From positions 77,562,001-77,626,000 of the forward strand of contig OZ296652.1 in the NCBI GenBank assembly GCA_965655095.1: a stretch of DNA of 64,000 bases, written 5' to 3'. The notes under the pieces were generated by a model. That model did no database searches and was not told the DNA's origin. It saw nothing but the letters and a program-made list of their open reading frames with translations. Each line of letters starts with the position of its first letter. Within the stretch, counting starts at the first letter, position 1. Positions 1-13,200 of the stretch are shown piece by piece. Made by a program: the position numbers and the translations under genes. This stretch comes from Haplodiscus bocki (lineage: Eukaryota).

Positions 1-1
1 A

Positions 2-250
2 CTACTGGGCCCATTATTATTTCTAACATACATCAATGATCTCTCAAACGCTTTTGAGAGAGCAAAGTTGGCACTTTTTGCTGATGATACATCTTTGTAT
101 AAGATGGAGATGAAACCAACGCAAAAATTAATGTGAATTTTGAAAACGTTGAGAAATGGCTGAAGTAAAACAAACTCAGACTGAGTAACGACGAAAGTGA
201 ATAATTGTGCATAAGAAAAACAAAACCATAATTCAAAACCAAAATATGAA
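2..250 (+). pseudogene. Non-LTR retrotransposon (L2/Crack/Daphne-like) reverse transcriptase, C-terminal fragment, disrupted
   Basis: Frame from base 2 reads LLGPLLFLTYINDLSNAFERAKLALFADDTSLY (RT motifs LGPxLF..YINDL and FADD). After a frameshift it reads ENVEKWLK*NKLRLS (W..NKLxLN motif). It has stops and is cut by the window start. Confidence 0.85.
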
Positions 251-1519
251 CAAACGAACTTAAAGGTAATATAAAAGGTATCAGTCACCTTTACATTGTC
301 GACCGAAAAGATCTATTCGAAAAGTTTTACTAAATAGGTTTTTTAGGAGCGTACTCTATGACAGGCACTAGTTTCCCTATTTCTCTGAATTTCGGTTCTC
401 AAGATCGTAAGTCAACAAGCTGAACAGCTTTTTTGTGTACCCTTTTGGATGTCTTGTAAATACAATTCAATGTAAATTTTTTTATCAAGGCATTCAGATA
501 AATAAGTTTCTTCTTTAAGGGCACTGTTTAGCTTCTTTTGGGAGAATTTTAGAGTGCTGCAGACTCTATCCTGATGGTTTTACAAGATAAAGGATAAATT
601 TTGTCTCACCTCAGTTTCCATCAAGAACACTTAATCCCGAGAAACAGGGTTGTCGTTCACTGGTTGAAAAACAGGAAAGTTTCGTAAGTTTTTCTATGTT
701 ACTGACAACTTTTTGAATGTTTTTGGCTGATTTATTTTAAACCTTGCATTTTAAAATTTTGTCTGCTGCTTGATGTCTTTTAAGTTTCTCCAAAGAACTT
801 CGTAACATTAGGCAGGGTTTTGAAGTTTGCTTTCAAAATTTGGCAGAGGAAGAATAAAAAGAGTTTTGCAAGTTTTGGATGCTGCCTAGTTAGTTTTACA
901 AGTGCCAGACAACCTTACATTTTTGTCGCAAATTACATTAGAAATAATACAAATTGAGTTTATAAGTACGTACGCCGAGTCACATCTATTAGCTTAACGG
1001 TCAAAGCGTCAAAGAAAAAAAATATGAGCAACTCTGAACTGGTAGTGAATAAGTCAAAAGAGGTGCAAAAACTTTCACGTTCTCTATTTACCTTGACATC
1101 TTCAACGAACTTTTGCTGCTGCACTAAAAGCGTTCAGAATACATGTATGCTAAATTTCTGAACTTTCCATGTTTTTTTTTCAAAAAAAAATTGGCTCCAT
1201 GAATGCTTTTTGCATGTTTTATCTGCATGTCCAAGTAAGAAATTTGGATTTTTCTTCAGCGCGTTTTTTTATTATATGAGCGCCAACGGCGATGAATTGG
1301 AACACTAGAGGCGTAGACGGCGGTCTTTGTCAGTATTAAAATAGTAAGTGTTTCTCACTAAATTTTTAACGGCGTCAGTGGCTATACCGGTTTTTGCGAC
1401 TATACCGGCAAAATAGCGGCGTATCTCTAGAAAAATTCCACCCAGGTACCGGACTCTGTTTTTGCATTTCTTATAGCGAGGCCAAATTTCCTGTATATGA
1501 AAAACCTCAGCCATTATTT

Positions 1520-2050
1520 CCTAGATGAAGTCTGGTTAAAACGCCGCAACAGCAAATTTGTACCCGCCTGTCTCCCTTCTAAGCCTAGCAATCAACTGAC
1601 TAGAACTCCGCATACCGATTCTGTATCGTCATTTTCTTGAAAACCCCACCAACGTGAATCCCACCCATCCAATCAACTTCCACAGCTTTACTCGATCTCG
1701 GCTTGGACATAGCGAATGGTTTCTCCAGAAGAAGTCTCCTTGCAGAGCTCCAGCTTGATCTTAGCAACACCTGTGACATGGGCGAAAATTGAACAGAAGC
1801 AGCGAATCACCTTGAACTTGAACTTGCAAGTGACGCAGCTGTTAAATTCACGACCATGAAGGCAGGTTTTTTTACGTCACACTGTTTTTACTCCTCAAAA
1901 ATTTAGACCAGACGTCCCTCAGGCAGCCGTCATGTCCCGCAGATGTCACTATCCAGGTCCGCAACATATCTGTTCCTTCAAATTCCTGCCAGTTGGTCAT
2001 GTACGCGGATGATGTGTCAATTTTTAACTGCACTATCTCTTCTGCAAGTA
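1520..2050 (+). pseudogene. Non-LTR retrotransposon RT remnant (Jockey/I-group-like)
   Basis: Ordered degenerate RT motifs across frameshifts: YPPVSLLSLAI (~1561, cf. YRPVSLL), STSTALLDL..LQLDLSNTCD (~1673-1780, cf. STxTAL..LDLSKAFD), DVPQAAVMS (~1911, cf. GVPQGAVxS), LVMYADDVSIF (YADD at 2002-2013). Confidence 0.75.
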
Positions 2051-2134
2051 TACAAATTAAATTGCATAAAATGGAAAAAGATCTTAATTCTGTAAGATTG
2101 GCTCAGCAAACAAAAATTCGAGAGCAACCAAACA

Positions 2135-2420
2135 TCAAATCAAAAATTGTCGTTTTACATTAGCCAATTGTTCGAAAATTTGTTCTCGCAGTTGCAATCC
2201 AGTGTTCTCGTTGACCATTTTTTTCGGCATCCTGAGCTGAGTGCATTCAACTTTCGTTTCATCCAACTTTCGAAAATGAATATTGTTAATCTTGTATAGA
2301 TCGGAGATTTCGTAAACCGACGTATAATTATGCCCTTTTCTCGAACCATAGCTCCATTGTGCCAGTGTCCCTTGATTCATTTGGATTTTAACTGCTGTTT
2401 CTTTGTGTGCACGATGAAGC
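2135..2420 (-). pseudogene. Possible Gypsy pol fragment (region just before the integrase zinc finger)
   Basis: The C-terminal half of ORF 2135..2590 (DLYKINNIHFRK...TQLRMPKKMVNE) resembles the L.+.NG+L.R....Q+++P..+..E+L segment before the Gypsy integrase HHCC. No catalytic motif is visible. Confidence 0.3.
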
Positions 2421-2837
2421 AACTGGTCCGAAACTCGCCACCAACAGAAATGAAACCAAATACAGATGCAGTCTTTCGAATGAATTATTGACTTGCCCAT
2501 GTGGAACGGTTTTGAGATGTATTTGCTCAGCTTGGTCAAAGCACCTTCCTTTAACATCTTCGCTCGGAGCACAGAATTGTTGGCGAACACCTTTTCAACA
2601 TCTTTTTCAAAGAGCTGAAATATGAGAAATATTTACCTTGTGCATGGTTTTGATCACTGGTTTTAACTCCATAACCTACTTTGTGGAACTTTCCGTTATT
2701 GATTGAATTGAACGGTGTATTATAGCAAAGGAGAAATGTTGATTACTGCTTCGCTCAAGAGAAGTAATTTCATTTTGTTTGTGCTCCCCTCCCCTTTCGA
2801 TCTACATGTCGAATTACGATTACGGTTAAATTTCAAA

Positions 2838-3577
2838 ACAAGAGGCGCAGTCGCACTGCGATATTTTTCTTTAAAATGGTGTAGAAATGATTGATCGAAC
2901 ATATAACAATTGGTTTTTGATTGAGACCTTGTCGGAAGAATTCAAACCTTTACTTTTTATTTGACTCTCTAATTTACATTGGATTTTGCATCGTATTATA
3001 CCCCAATCGTTGTTAATATCTTTTGGGTACTCTCGACAACGGGCTTCGGGTGTAATTACTGAGGGGCATTTTTGGAGCTACGCTATAAAATTGTTCAGAT
3101 TCTGTGTATTATACGATTCTTTTTCGTGAATTTCATTCAATAATTAGATCGTTCATTCGGTTATTCATCAAAATTCACGCCATTGAAAAATTTCATCATT
3201 CTTTCGTCACTTACGAGTTTCAAATTTAGTTTAGAATGAGGCTTATTTCAGTTTGAAAAATTTGTTTGATCGGTTCTTTTGTCGCCTCACTGCTTGAAAT
3301 CAGGCTTGGCAGATTATGCTGTGCAATCAGTGCATCATTGGCCAAAATAATCAGGCTGCAAATCATTGCATCTTTTTGCGTGTAATCGGACCGTGAAAGT
3401 CGTCGACCAATAAAATTCCAATAATTACCGAAAGTTGACAAGACTATTACACAAGAGGCGCAATCGCAATGCGAAATTTTCCGTCAAAGTGGTGTACAAA
3501 TGATTGATCCAACATAACGTGGTTTTTGATTGAGACCTTGTCGGAAGAACTCAAGCCTCTATTTTCTGTTTGATTCT
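2838..3577 (+). repeat. Diverged ~130-bp direct repeat pair (2838-2968 and 3451-3577)
   Basis: Both copies read ACAAGAGGCGCA.TCGCA.TGCGA.ATTTT...TGGTGTA.AAATGATTGATC.AACAT...TGGTTTTTGATTGAGACCTTGTCGGAAGAA.TCAA.CCT. Confidence 0.85.
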
Positions 3578-4269
3578 TTGATTTGTATTTTTCTATCATA
3601 ATTAGTTTACGATGAAAATTTCTTACACTTGCGCAAGCTGTGTTATATCACAAATGAGTTTTAAAAATGTGATTTTGAAAAGAACAACAAAAATTCCAAC
3701 TTTCGGAATTTCCGGCCTATCATGAAAATTATGTTAATTGGCCAAAAATCAAAGAGTTTCAATTCCAACACCATTCTACAGATGAACAGCTATCAATTAA
3801 TACCTTGATGGAAGAAGTCAAGCCAATAGTTAGGAGAGGTGAGAATTTCAATCTAAGGAAATGTGAAACTCTATACCATTTTCGGCATTTATTTCAGAAT
3901 TCCCACACAATGATCAAGATCCGTCATTTTTCTATCGAATAGTCCTCTTTAAGTAGTGAACTGTTGCTTGAGCCGCTGATGGAAGAATTCAAGCTCGTAG
4001 TTGCGCAGAAAAATGAGTTTGAAAGAATAGTTGTAATTATTGATAACAATCTTTGCAATTTGTGCGAATCAGAAACAAAGAAAAAATGTTCACGTTGAAG
4101 GCTCAGTGCTAGTGTCACGGCCAGAACTTCCTAAGAAACAGAGAACAATGACATCACTTTTCGAATGAAAACACGGTGCTATAGGGATTTGACACAAATT
4201 AAGCCTCTACAAAGTATTCAAAACAGATCCGTTTTAGTTTTTTTGGCGATAATCTACCACAAAAACTTC

Positions 4270-7200
4270 TAACTGAATTAAATCTTAGTGTGCGATACAA
4301 TCCACTGTTGTACTTACCGCAATGCTAAAACAATTTTAATTCCAGTCCTTGCTCACAAAATAAGGGACTGCCGATTCACAAAAATTTGAATTAGTCAAAA
4401 AATCCGGATGATGAAAAGTGACTCGTGAAAAATGCTATGAAACAATTGATGACCATAAGAATAGAGGAAAAAACTTGAGCTTCTTGGTTAGAATAATGGA
4501 GATATTCGATATTTTTAGACGTCACACAAAAATTCAAAAAGTCAAAAACAGCATGACTAACACAATTTATCGCCAGAAGACATAGCTAGAAATTTTTGAC
4601 TTCAACGACAACTTCATTGGTAGAAAACTGCAGTCTTGTTCTCAAGCCACTGAAGATTTTGAGCCATTTTTTGTTTAGGTTTTAAAATTTCGAGCTAACA
4701 ATGACAAAAATTAAACTAGCTGTAAATGCCCCAAAAATCCAATTCCTCTCTTCCAAAAAGTGTATGGAAAAAATCTGTGTTATTTTACAGCAGCCTAGCT
4801 GTTGGAGACAATCAAATATGGTTTTCCATTGAGCTTGTTCAGAAAATGGTTCGTCTTTCAAGAATAAGCTCCAGTATGTAAGATTTCCAGTTGACAAAAA
4901 AACAACTCTTTCAAAGACACTCGACTTCGGAAAGTTTTTGGCAGGGAACAATTCTCAAGAACCAATGACATTGAAACAAAACGCTACCCTCTCATCAAAA
5001 AGACTCTTTGAAACTATACGAAAATTGAATGAGTTGAGGCTGAGAACCTGGGTGCTATATTAAGAGAAATCAAGTTGACTATTGTTTTCGGGACACCAAA
5101 GGAAACTTGACTTTCATCATACATTCGCGTAAGAACCAAACGAAAAAATTTCTTCCAAAAAACTATATGGTAGCCAAATTTTCTTTACTTTTTTCATTGC
5201 AATGCACAATCTGGGTTTTTCTCGGACTTTTTTCTACTACCAAGCATGAAACTTCACGGAAAAAAGCTGAAAAAGGAAATTTTTGAGATCTATTCGCAAA
5301 AAAGCCTATCGAACAACTTCGTCAACACAACAAAAACCAACCCTCTGTTTCATTTAAATTTTCCTGTTATCGCCGTTAGACATTAGAACAATTTGAGGAG
5401 CTGGGTACTGAAAAGAATGATAAGAATTTTCATAAGAGTTTCCGAAATACCCAAAAACCAACAGTCTTCGAGATTTCATTTACATAAAACAAATCAAAAA
5501 GTCAAAAGACTGCAGTTGTGAAGTTTAGTATGTGATACACATGTGTACTTTTGTCCAATACGCAGGCATTTTGGAGCCTACGGCGGGATCAAAAAACCTT
5601 TAAAAAGACACCCTCGGTCAAAAGGTGCAAAATCAACTCGAAGTTCAAGTTTTTTTTTGCAATGGAAACCTAAGGAGAATCATCGAACCGCAACCAAAAA
5701 TTAGTTTGTGATAAACTAGAGCATTTTTGTATGGTTTCCTTTGAAACCCGTCAATTTGGTGGAGGAGTTTAGAGCTTTGAACAAAGAGCTTTGAGTTGAA
5801 AGAGGAAAAGAAAAAACTGCTTGCGAATTCCACAGTGTGGGTGTCCGAAGAGAGTTTGCTTTGCTCTGCTTTGCTTTCGTTACACTTCGTTCTTAATCAA
5901 AAAATTTTGAAAAGGCCTCCCTCACTGAGAAAACTTTTGTTTAGGAGATTTTCAGGAGGGGTAAAACAAATAGTCTTCAAAGATTGTGAACTTCAGTGTG
6001 GAGATATGTCATTTTTTCCTGCACCTTCTGGCATTCACCGAGTGTCGGGATTCGGAGGAACAGATGTTAAAATTCATTGCCCTAATCCACCACAAGCACG
6101 AAGTTGCCGATTGCGAACTCATTGAGACCTTAATGGACGAATTACAGTCAATAGTTTTCGAAAAATTTTAATTTGAAAATTGATATATGTCGATATTAAA
6201 AACGCTTTTAGCCAGTTTTGCACTTTCAGGAGACCGACGGAAGGAACAACAGCGATTATTGTTCTATCGAGTACTACTCCCCAGACAAAGCGCTTTCAAT
6301 TGAGCCCTTGAATGAAAAAGTCAAACTGGTTGATCTAGATAGTTAGGAGTTTGAAAACCGATATATATTATCTTTCAAAGCTTTCTTGACATTTTCGGCC
6401 TGTCAGAAATGAGAACGTCAGGAAAAGCATTGATGTTTTTTTTGACATGTCCTTCTAAGATTTAAAGTTGTCGACTTTGATGGATGAAACTTTTTTACGT
6501 GCCCACAACAACGTTTTTGGGGGAGAAATTTTTTTGAAAACAGATTATCATATAGGTTTTTAATATGTCGTCCATTAGAATCCATGCCGAGCATTTTCAA
6601 CGGCTTCCTACTTTTACACCACAGCAGAAAAAACTTGTTCCACCATGCCAAGTTACAACCCTTATGTGCTGTATCACTAAACAAAAAATCAGTAGAAATA
6701 CTAACCAAACAGACATAACTGCCAAGAAAAACGGAATGTTGGGACGTTTTTAGCATACATTTCATCAGATCTGCCATTCAACGCGTAGAAGACGCCCAAT
6801 ATTGCCAAAGCAATATTTTTCGTGGTCCTTCCGATACCGAAGAGCCGTTGTGTAGTTTTTTTGAGTTTTAAAAGAGGGTTATAATATCCGATGTTTTAGG
6901 CGAAAAGATTCAAAAGTTCAAATTCACAATCCTTCTCTTGAACTGGTACTCCACTACTGACTTCTCGACGAACAGACAACAACGACGTTGTTTGGTTGCT
7001 TAACTTTTGACCAAAACACCTGTAGACGCGAATTTTTCGGGTTTTGAGAAAAAAATTTGCCCTAACGAATGAAACTTTCAACGAAGTTTTTTGCAGGAAA
7101 TTTCTACCTCAACTTCACTAAAAGAAATGCGAAGATCCCAAAGTTTTGTTCCTTTTTCAAGCAGTATAACTTTTTGGTCTTTCATTGCTTTTACCACAAA

Positions 7201-8090
7201 CTACAGCATAGTAAAATTCTGTGAAAAGACTGAAAACGTAAAGGAAAGTTTTGAAGAAAAAGCGAAATGCTGTTTCACCGACTCTTCGTGCAAAAAACGT
7301 ATGCACTAGGCAAATCATAAATGCCCAGATTTCGGAACTCGAGCTCTACTGAGCTATCCAGCTGCATATTGCTATCAAGTTATGTAACTGTTAAAAGGTT
7401 CCAGTGGAAAAAGTTCGCCGGAATATCAAGAAAAATTTTGGAAGCAAATCTGTCTGATCACAAAGTGATAACTCTCTGCCATTTTTTGGAACAGAAATTG
7501 GTCAGAATTATCTTGTTTTCACGTAACAATTCTTTCAGCGCGTAGGTACGACAACACTATCGGCACTATTGCATCAGCAAAAGTACATTGATGGATGAAA
7601 GTACAAGGAAACTATGTAGAAGTAAGCGATTTCTTGAAAATTTGGCTTGAAAACAACACAACGAAAAATTTTGGGAGAACTTCCAGAGTCCAGCGAAACT
7701 TTTGACGGAAAATCCAGACCGCCATCTATCCTTTGTTGGAATTTATGGGATTTCCAGAATAAAAAAAAATTGGGTTTTTACAAAAGATGAAAAAACTGAG
7801 AACACAGGTACTAACGTGTTTGGTGCAAGCCTCAAAAATGTGGTGAAGCACTGAATAACATTGCTGACCCCGTGCACACGTATTGTCAGAAGTCAAGTGG
7901 CAGTATTAGGAGAGATAAGGCAGAGAACAAAAAACGTAACAGCAAAAGCCTGAAAATTTGTGCAATTTTTTCAAAAGAAAATGGACAGAAGAGAAATTTT
8001 TTTCAAAGGTCAATAAAACCAATCAGCACGACTCGAGGTTTCTGTCTCAGCGCAGCAGTTTTCAAAAGTAGTCAACCAGAGAGCTAGACA
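4270..8090 (+). mobile_element. Probable heavily decayed Polinton/Maverick (adintovirus-like) family-B DNA polymerase remnant, interrupted
   Basis: Colinear degenerate motifs: IPVLAH (4339-4356, cf. IPVxxHNL), AHNNVFG (~6501-6521, cf. DANNLYG), IHAEHFQRLPTFTP..KLVP (~6580-6640, cf. LHDxHxDFPLAP), NKKKLGF..KDE (~7758-7790, cf. NKKVxGKFKDE), KNVTAKA (~7930, cf. KxxAKGV). There are many stops and frameshifts. Recognised by eye only. Confidence 0.4.
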
Positions 8091-8639
8091 GAAACAAATT
8101 ACTATTCAACCAAGAAAAACTTCTCAAAATTTCGCTTTTTCCCACATTTGTTCTTAAGAAACTGACCTGGAAAGACTTTGCGAATTCGATTGAACATTGA
8201 CTTGTTTCTCAAGCTTTTTAGTAGGCACACACTGAACATTTGTTTAAAAAGGCCATGGGAGACATTGTAATAAATAACCGTGAAAGGTTAAAAAACAATT
8301 GAACAAAATGCTCTGGAATAGAAACTTGACCTAAAACTTGAAAGGGACAATGCGCACTCGGGAAATCACTCTGCCAAGATTCTCTCTGCTCGTTTTTAAA
8401 CCTCTAGTGACAAGCATTATGCTGAGGTACACTGAACACTCCACAGTATGGAGAACCCACTGAAATATTTGAAATCAATTTTTTCAAGAAATTTTTCTAA
8501 GAAACTCCTGAAAAAAGTTCGCAAATCATCATTTTTCCCCCAGATTGTGTAATTAACTTTGGAGATTTATTCGATTAGATGGTCATGAAACCAAGTCTTT
8601 TCTTTAACTGGGAGCCAGCATAACAGAAAAATCTTGAAT

Positions 8640-9770
8640 TTTCAATAATTTTGGATAAGGCTCCACTGAAACTCCGCCATTGAACATCCGAAGTTTTTTT
8701 CACCCATCAGTGAAGTCACATTGATTTCACATCCACCTGATCAGCTTGCACATCCCCGGTATGTTTATGCTACCTACGCAATTCAAAAATTCTTACTGAA
8801 CAATTTAAGCATTATCAATTATTTTGCCAACCACTTCCAAGCGAAAAACTATCGGAGGCACAAAAATTCGGTTCTTGTCAAGTAAGATGTAGCCATAAAA
8901 AATTTCAGAGATATACAATGCCTCCACCAAAACGCAGAGGGCCATTCACATAAAACAACAATTCTTATCTTCAAACAACGCCATAAAGCTTCCTGATCTA
9001 GATTTCGTTTCCCTATACAACAAGCACCGCGTGGGGAATGAGTTTATTTGTAGCTCAAGTGTTGCAGAGTTTCATCTGAGCTCATCAACGAAACAAAAAA
9101 AATTACATCATTTTGTTGAAAACGCGGAAATTCAAGTTTTACACGTCAATAACCCGATAAACAAAATTTTGTCGGCTGAATGCTTGACAATTGATGGGCT
9201 GTGAACAAGTTGTAGTGCTTAACCAGAAAACCGAAAGCCGATACACTTAGAACCCTGTTGTAGAAGGTTGACTGCTGGAGATCCGTCTGCTATCGCAGTT
9301 TTTTGATCTCGGAAAAATTCGACAACTATCTGGACGTCTTGATTGACCGCAATAGGCTTCGCTCCACTCTGCCTGCCTGAAAATTATGAAGCTGAGATTA
9401 CCCAGAACATTGAAGGAAAAAGCAAAAAACAACCTGAGCAAACAAACTCTCATCAATATTTCATTCAAGCATCTTTATTGCGGTAAAGAATTTGCAGAAC
9501 CCTGCAAGAAACTGGAAAAGACATTTTTAGACGAAAGCCGTGTGTTTTTTGAAAATAGTCCACACCAGATAAACCAAAAATGTGCATCAAGTTTCTTCGA
9601 GAAAGCGGACCGTGCATATTGCTATGTCAAAGAACATATATATGATGACTTGCAGAGGCGTAAGCTAAGCTGTAATGGTGTAAGATCTGCGAGAGGTCAG
9701 AAGTATTGGAAATGTGAAAAAGGATCAACGTTGTCAAAAAGAAGAATTCAGGGTCCGGGTCGTTGATATG
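8640..9770 (+). pseudogene. Possible Polinton-type packaging ATPase remnant plus a small downstream gene remnant
   Basis: Weak matches: RRGAIHIKQQF (~8932, cf. RHRGLSxIYIKHNLF), NYIILLK (~9102, cf. THIVLFK), VVVLNQKTESRY (~9209, cf. LLIDLSPRTxxRLRY). It lies downstream of and co-oriented with the polB-like remnant. No Walker A motif is recognisable. Confidence 0.2.
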
Positions 9771-10299
9771 CTGCAAGCTGTACCCCTCCTGTACAGTGCC
9801 ATTGAACGCTCCCTCTGTTTATACTTAAAAAATGGAGGGAAACAGTTTACTGCGTTGTCTGAAATTTTTAAAGGCTGCGTTTTTTATCGATTTGCACTTG
9901 AAATTGCAAACATCACTCTTCAAAGATGACTCTAATCAATTTTTCTAGTGGCTCGCTCCTTCTCACTGATCTACAGCTCCTTAAAGAAGTATCGAGCTGC
10001 GCAAGACAGCAAAGCTAAAATTGGGTGGGAGGTAATTCATGAAGTCGGCAATTGATTTCGATCTTCTTTTCCAATTTTCTCCTCGAGGCCTTGCCTTACA
10101 TTTCTTCCAATAGGCGCAGCGCAGTCTGAGAATCAGAAGATTAGTGAAGCGAGGATACTATGGTCGACATCCAGAATGCGTTGTTGGCATTTCAATTTTT
10201 TACGTTTTCGTGATCTTTTTGGAGATCTGGTAAGGTTTTGGACGTTTTTGGCTGACGGAATGAAGATGACCACATCAAGGAAGTATTCTATGAAGCGTT

Positions 10300-13200
10300 G
10301 TCTCCGAGGACCATTCGGTTTGTTGCATGAACGAGCTTCGTCTTCTTCTGTGGTTGATTTCTTGTCAAAGCTCTCAGCTTACAACGGTTCCAGAAGAGGT
10401 TCGAATTTGACATTTGCACTCATTTTGATGTGGTACACATTTTCCTTAATTTTTGGAATGTTGTCCATGATTTTCTTATGGCATACGTGTGCATGTCTAC
10501 TTTATGGACAAAGCAGTGCATAGGAAGCTGAGAAATCGTTGCCAAATGGACGCTTTTTTTTGTAGTTTACCGGGGTAAAATCCGTATTTCAGGTGATTCT
10601 GTCTCAAACGTCTGACGTTATCAGGTTAAAGTCATATTTTTAACGGAGGGACTTTCAGCGAGTCTGACGCGCTTTATCCCCAGGCCACATTGACAATTTG
10701 GCGTTTTTTTGGTCAATGTTCCAAAAATATATCTTCTGTCGATTTTACGCCCATGCTACTTTTTCTGCTCAATTGCGACTGAAGTGTCTTTTAGCCTTCA
10801 AATTGTTTCCGAAATGGTCTCATCAGTTAGGTACTCTCTAACAATTTAAAAACGTAAGACGTTTTTGAAATGATCTGTTGATTTGCATATATTAATGCAG
10901 CCTGTCTTAGACGGTAACGATTGGTAAACTTAGGTCTTGGTTGACATTTTTGCTTGGCCTAGAAGCACTGGAACAGTTTTTGTGAAGGTTGACTCCATTT
11001 TCCCAAACATCTGGTGTTGTTCCTCACATGAAAGACATCTTTTAGTGGAAAAATCTAGTCGGACAAGAGTATGTGTTTCGTGGCGATGTCTTACCTATTT
11101 GTGACATTCCCATGCAGACTCTGTTTTAATCGCGTTTTCTTTCTTCAGTGTAATGCATACAGGATTTCTTGCTCCCGATGACAGAGTTCATAACTCTGGG
11201 TCCATATCTGAATTTGGTTTCAGTCACAGCGAAGATTGTTGTGACTTTGGAAAGGGAAGCTTCATTGACAATGAGTAGGCGTTTTGAGAGTTTCACATCG
11301 AAACCGATTTTTTTCCGCGTTTGACGGCGTTGCCAACGACGTGGCGGAAATCCTCTGTTTTCTCTGTCAATGACCCGGCATCAGAGTAAAATAGCTGCTT
11401 GATTTGTTTTATTTCAACTCTTCCATTTAGTTGAAAAACTGAAATGCCACTCATTGCCATATCGAGGGGTCGCATTGTGTTGTGCCTTCCCTTCACAGCA
11501 GTTTCTTCTTATTGATGAAAAGAGCAGATGGTTTTTGGTAGGAGTCGTATTTTGGCTGATACAACGCAGGACAAAGATTCTTGCAATTCTTCGTCCGCAG
11601 GTCGCGGTTCAATGAGTTGAAGGTACTTTCCCTGTCCAATTAGAGAAAAGATTCAATATAGCTCTCTCCAAACTTTTGGCAAAGTTAATCGATGGCGAAC
11701 GAAACTCCGTACTTTTGTCCTAAGCAAACTGGCCTACTGGATCCAAATTCCAAGAAATTTTGCCTCGACAAGATTTGGTGACAGTGCGGCCATTTTTTTG
11801 CAGATCTTCTACTGCACCAAATGGACACACAAATGGATTTTTGACCAACGGCACCTACCTGCAAGCAATATATTTTTTCGAGTTGCTGTGTCGCTAGATC
11901 TTCAGTCGCTTTCCGTCAAGAATTTTCCGCAATCGTCCTGGATACTTCGCTGGACGCGTCTTTAGCAAGATGATTTTTCTCATCTCGATTCGTCCGCGTC
12001 GAGACAATATGGACAATGACGTCCGTGTGTTTTCGTGGCAGCTTTTTTTATGTGACTGACACTGATTTGTTCAGAAAACGATGAAAGTAGGGGAACGTTC
12101 GGTTTGACAGGTTCAAGATTTTTTTCACTCTTGGAGAAGCACTCGCGTGTTTTGTATAAAGGAAAAAATGAACAGTTTAGCCGAGTTTTGTGTCGGTCAG
12201 GAAAAACACACCTCTGGAGCTCAATTCTGCAATCAAGCCCACGGCACTGGAAACTATGCTCACCCTTGAGCTGTTCCATCTCGCTATCATCAGTTTTGTT
12301 TGAGCTTTTTGACAAACTGGACTGAGGAGCTTCGGCTTCTTTGAACAAGCTTTGTATGTCAGCACAATTCCATTGGTTTTTCCTCAGTAATTTTGTCTTT
12401 GTTATCGACACGTCGTGAGAGTCTTTTTTGTTCGCATGAAATAGATGCGGTAGGACTAGTGTGGTTATCATGCTGAAACTACTCCAAATAAATCCTTCCA
12501 CTAAGGTTTGAAGGAGTGTGTTGCGCTAATTGGCGACGGTGTGTCCTGCCTTGTTTTTGCCGAGAAAGAAAAGGCGTTTTTCAAATGTACAAATTCGTTG
12601 TAACCTCTGAGCAACTTCCCTGCCTTTAAAAACGCCCAGAGGCAAAATATTGAGAAATCGGCTCAGACTGCGGTCTGGTTGCCCGGGGCTTAACTTGTAG
12701 CAGAGCATTTCTACAATATACAGCCTTGCTACTAGTAATTTTTACCACTCTTTCAACCGCTGCATAAAGCGTGGAGATAGCTAGGACATTTAGTGTAGCG
12801 TACTCTGCTAATACGTAGATGATTTATTACAGATGATGCAATGAGTCTGAGTGTTCATATTAAAGATGGAAGGCTGATCTTTCAATTAACTAAAAAGAAG
12901 ACTGAGATAGTAAAATGCTTTTGTGCAAATTTGAAATCCAGGAAAGGAGAAATGAACACCGTCTCTACAAATTGGACATGTCTTAATATGAAAACCTTTT
13001 GATTTTATTGGCAACTTATGAGTCACGCTTTTTGAAGTTGTTCTACACAGCGGTTATGGTGATAAAATTTCACTTACAAAGTGATTATTAGCAGAAACGA
13101 TGGATCATAGAAGTATTGGAACATCAGGGCTGAACTTTTCAAAAATGAGTAGTGATAGACAGTTCCATGTTTTTGTAACATTGTTGGGTGAGGATCTGTG

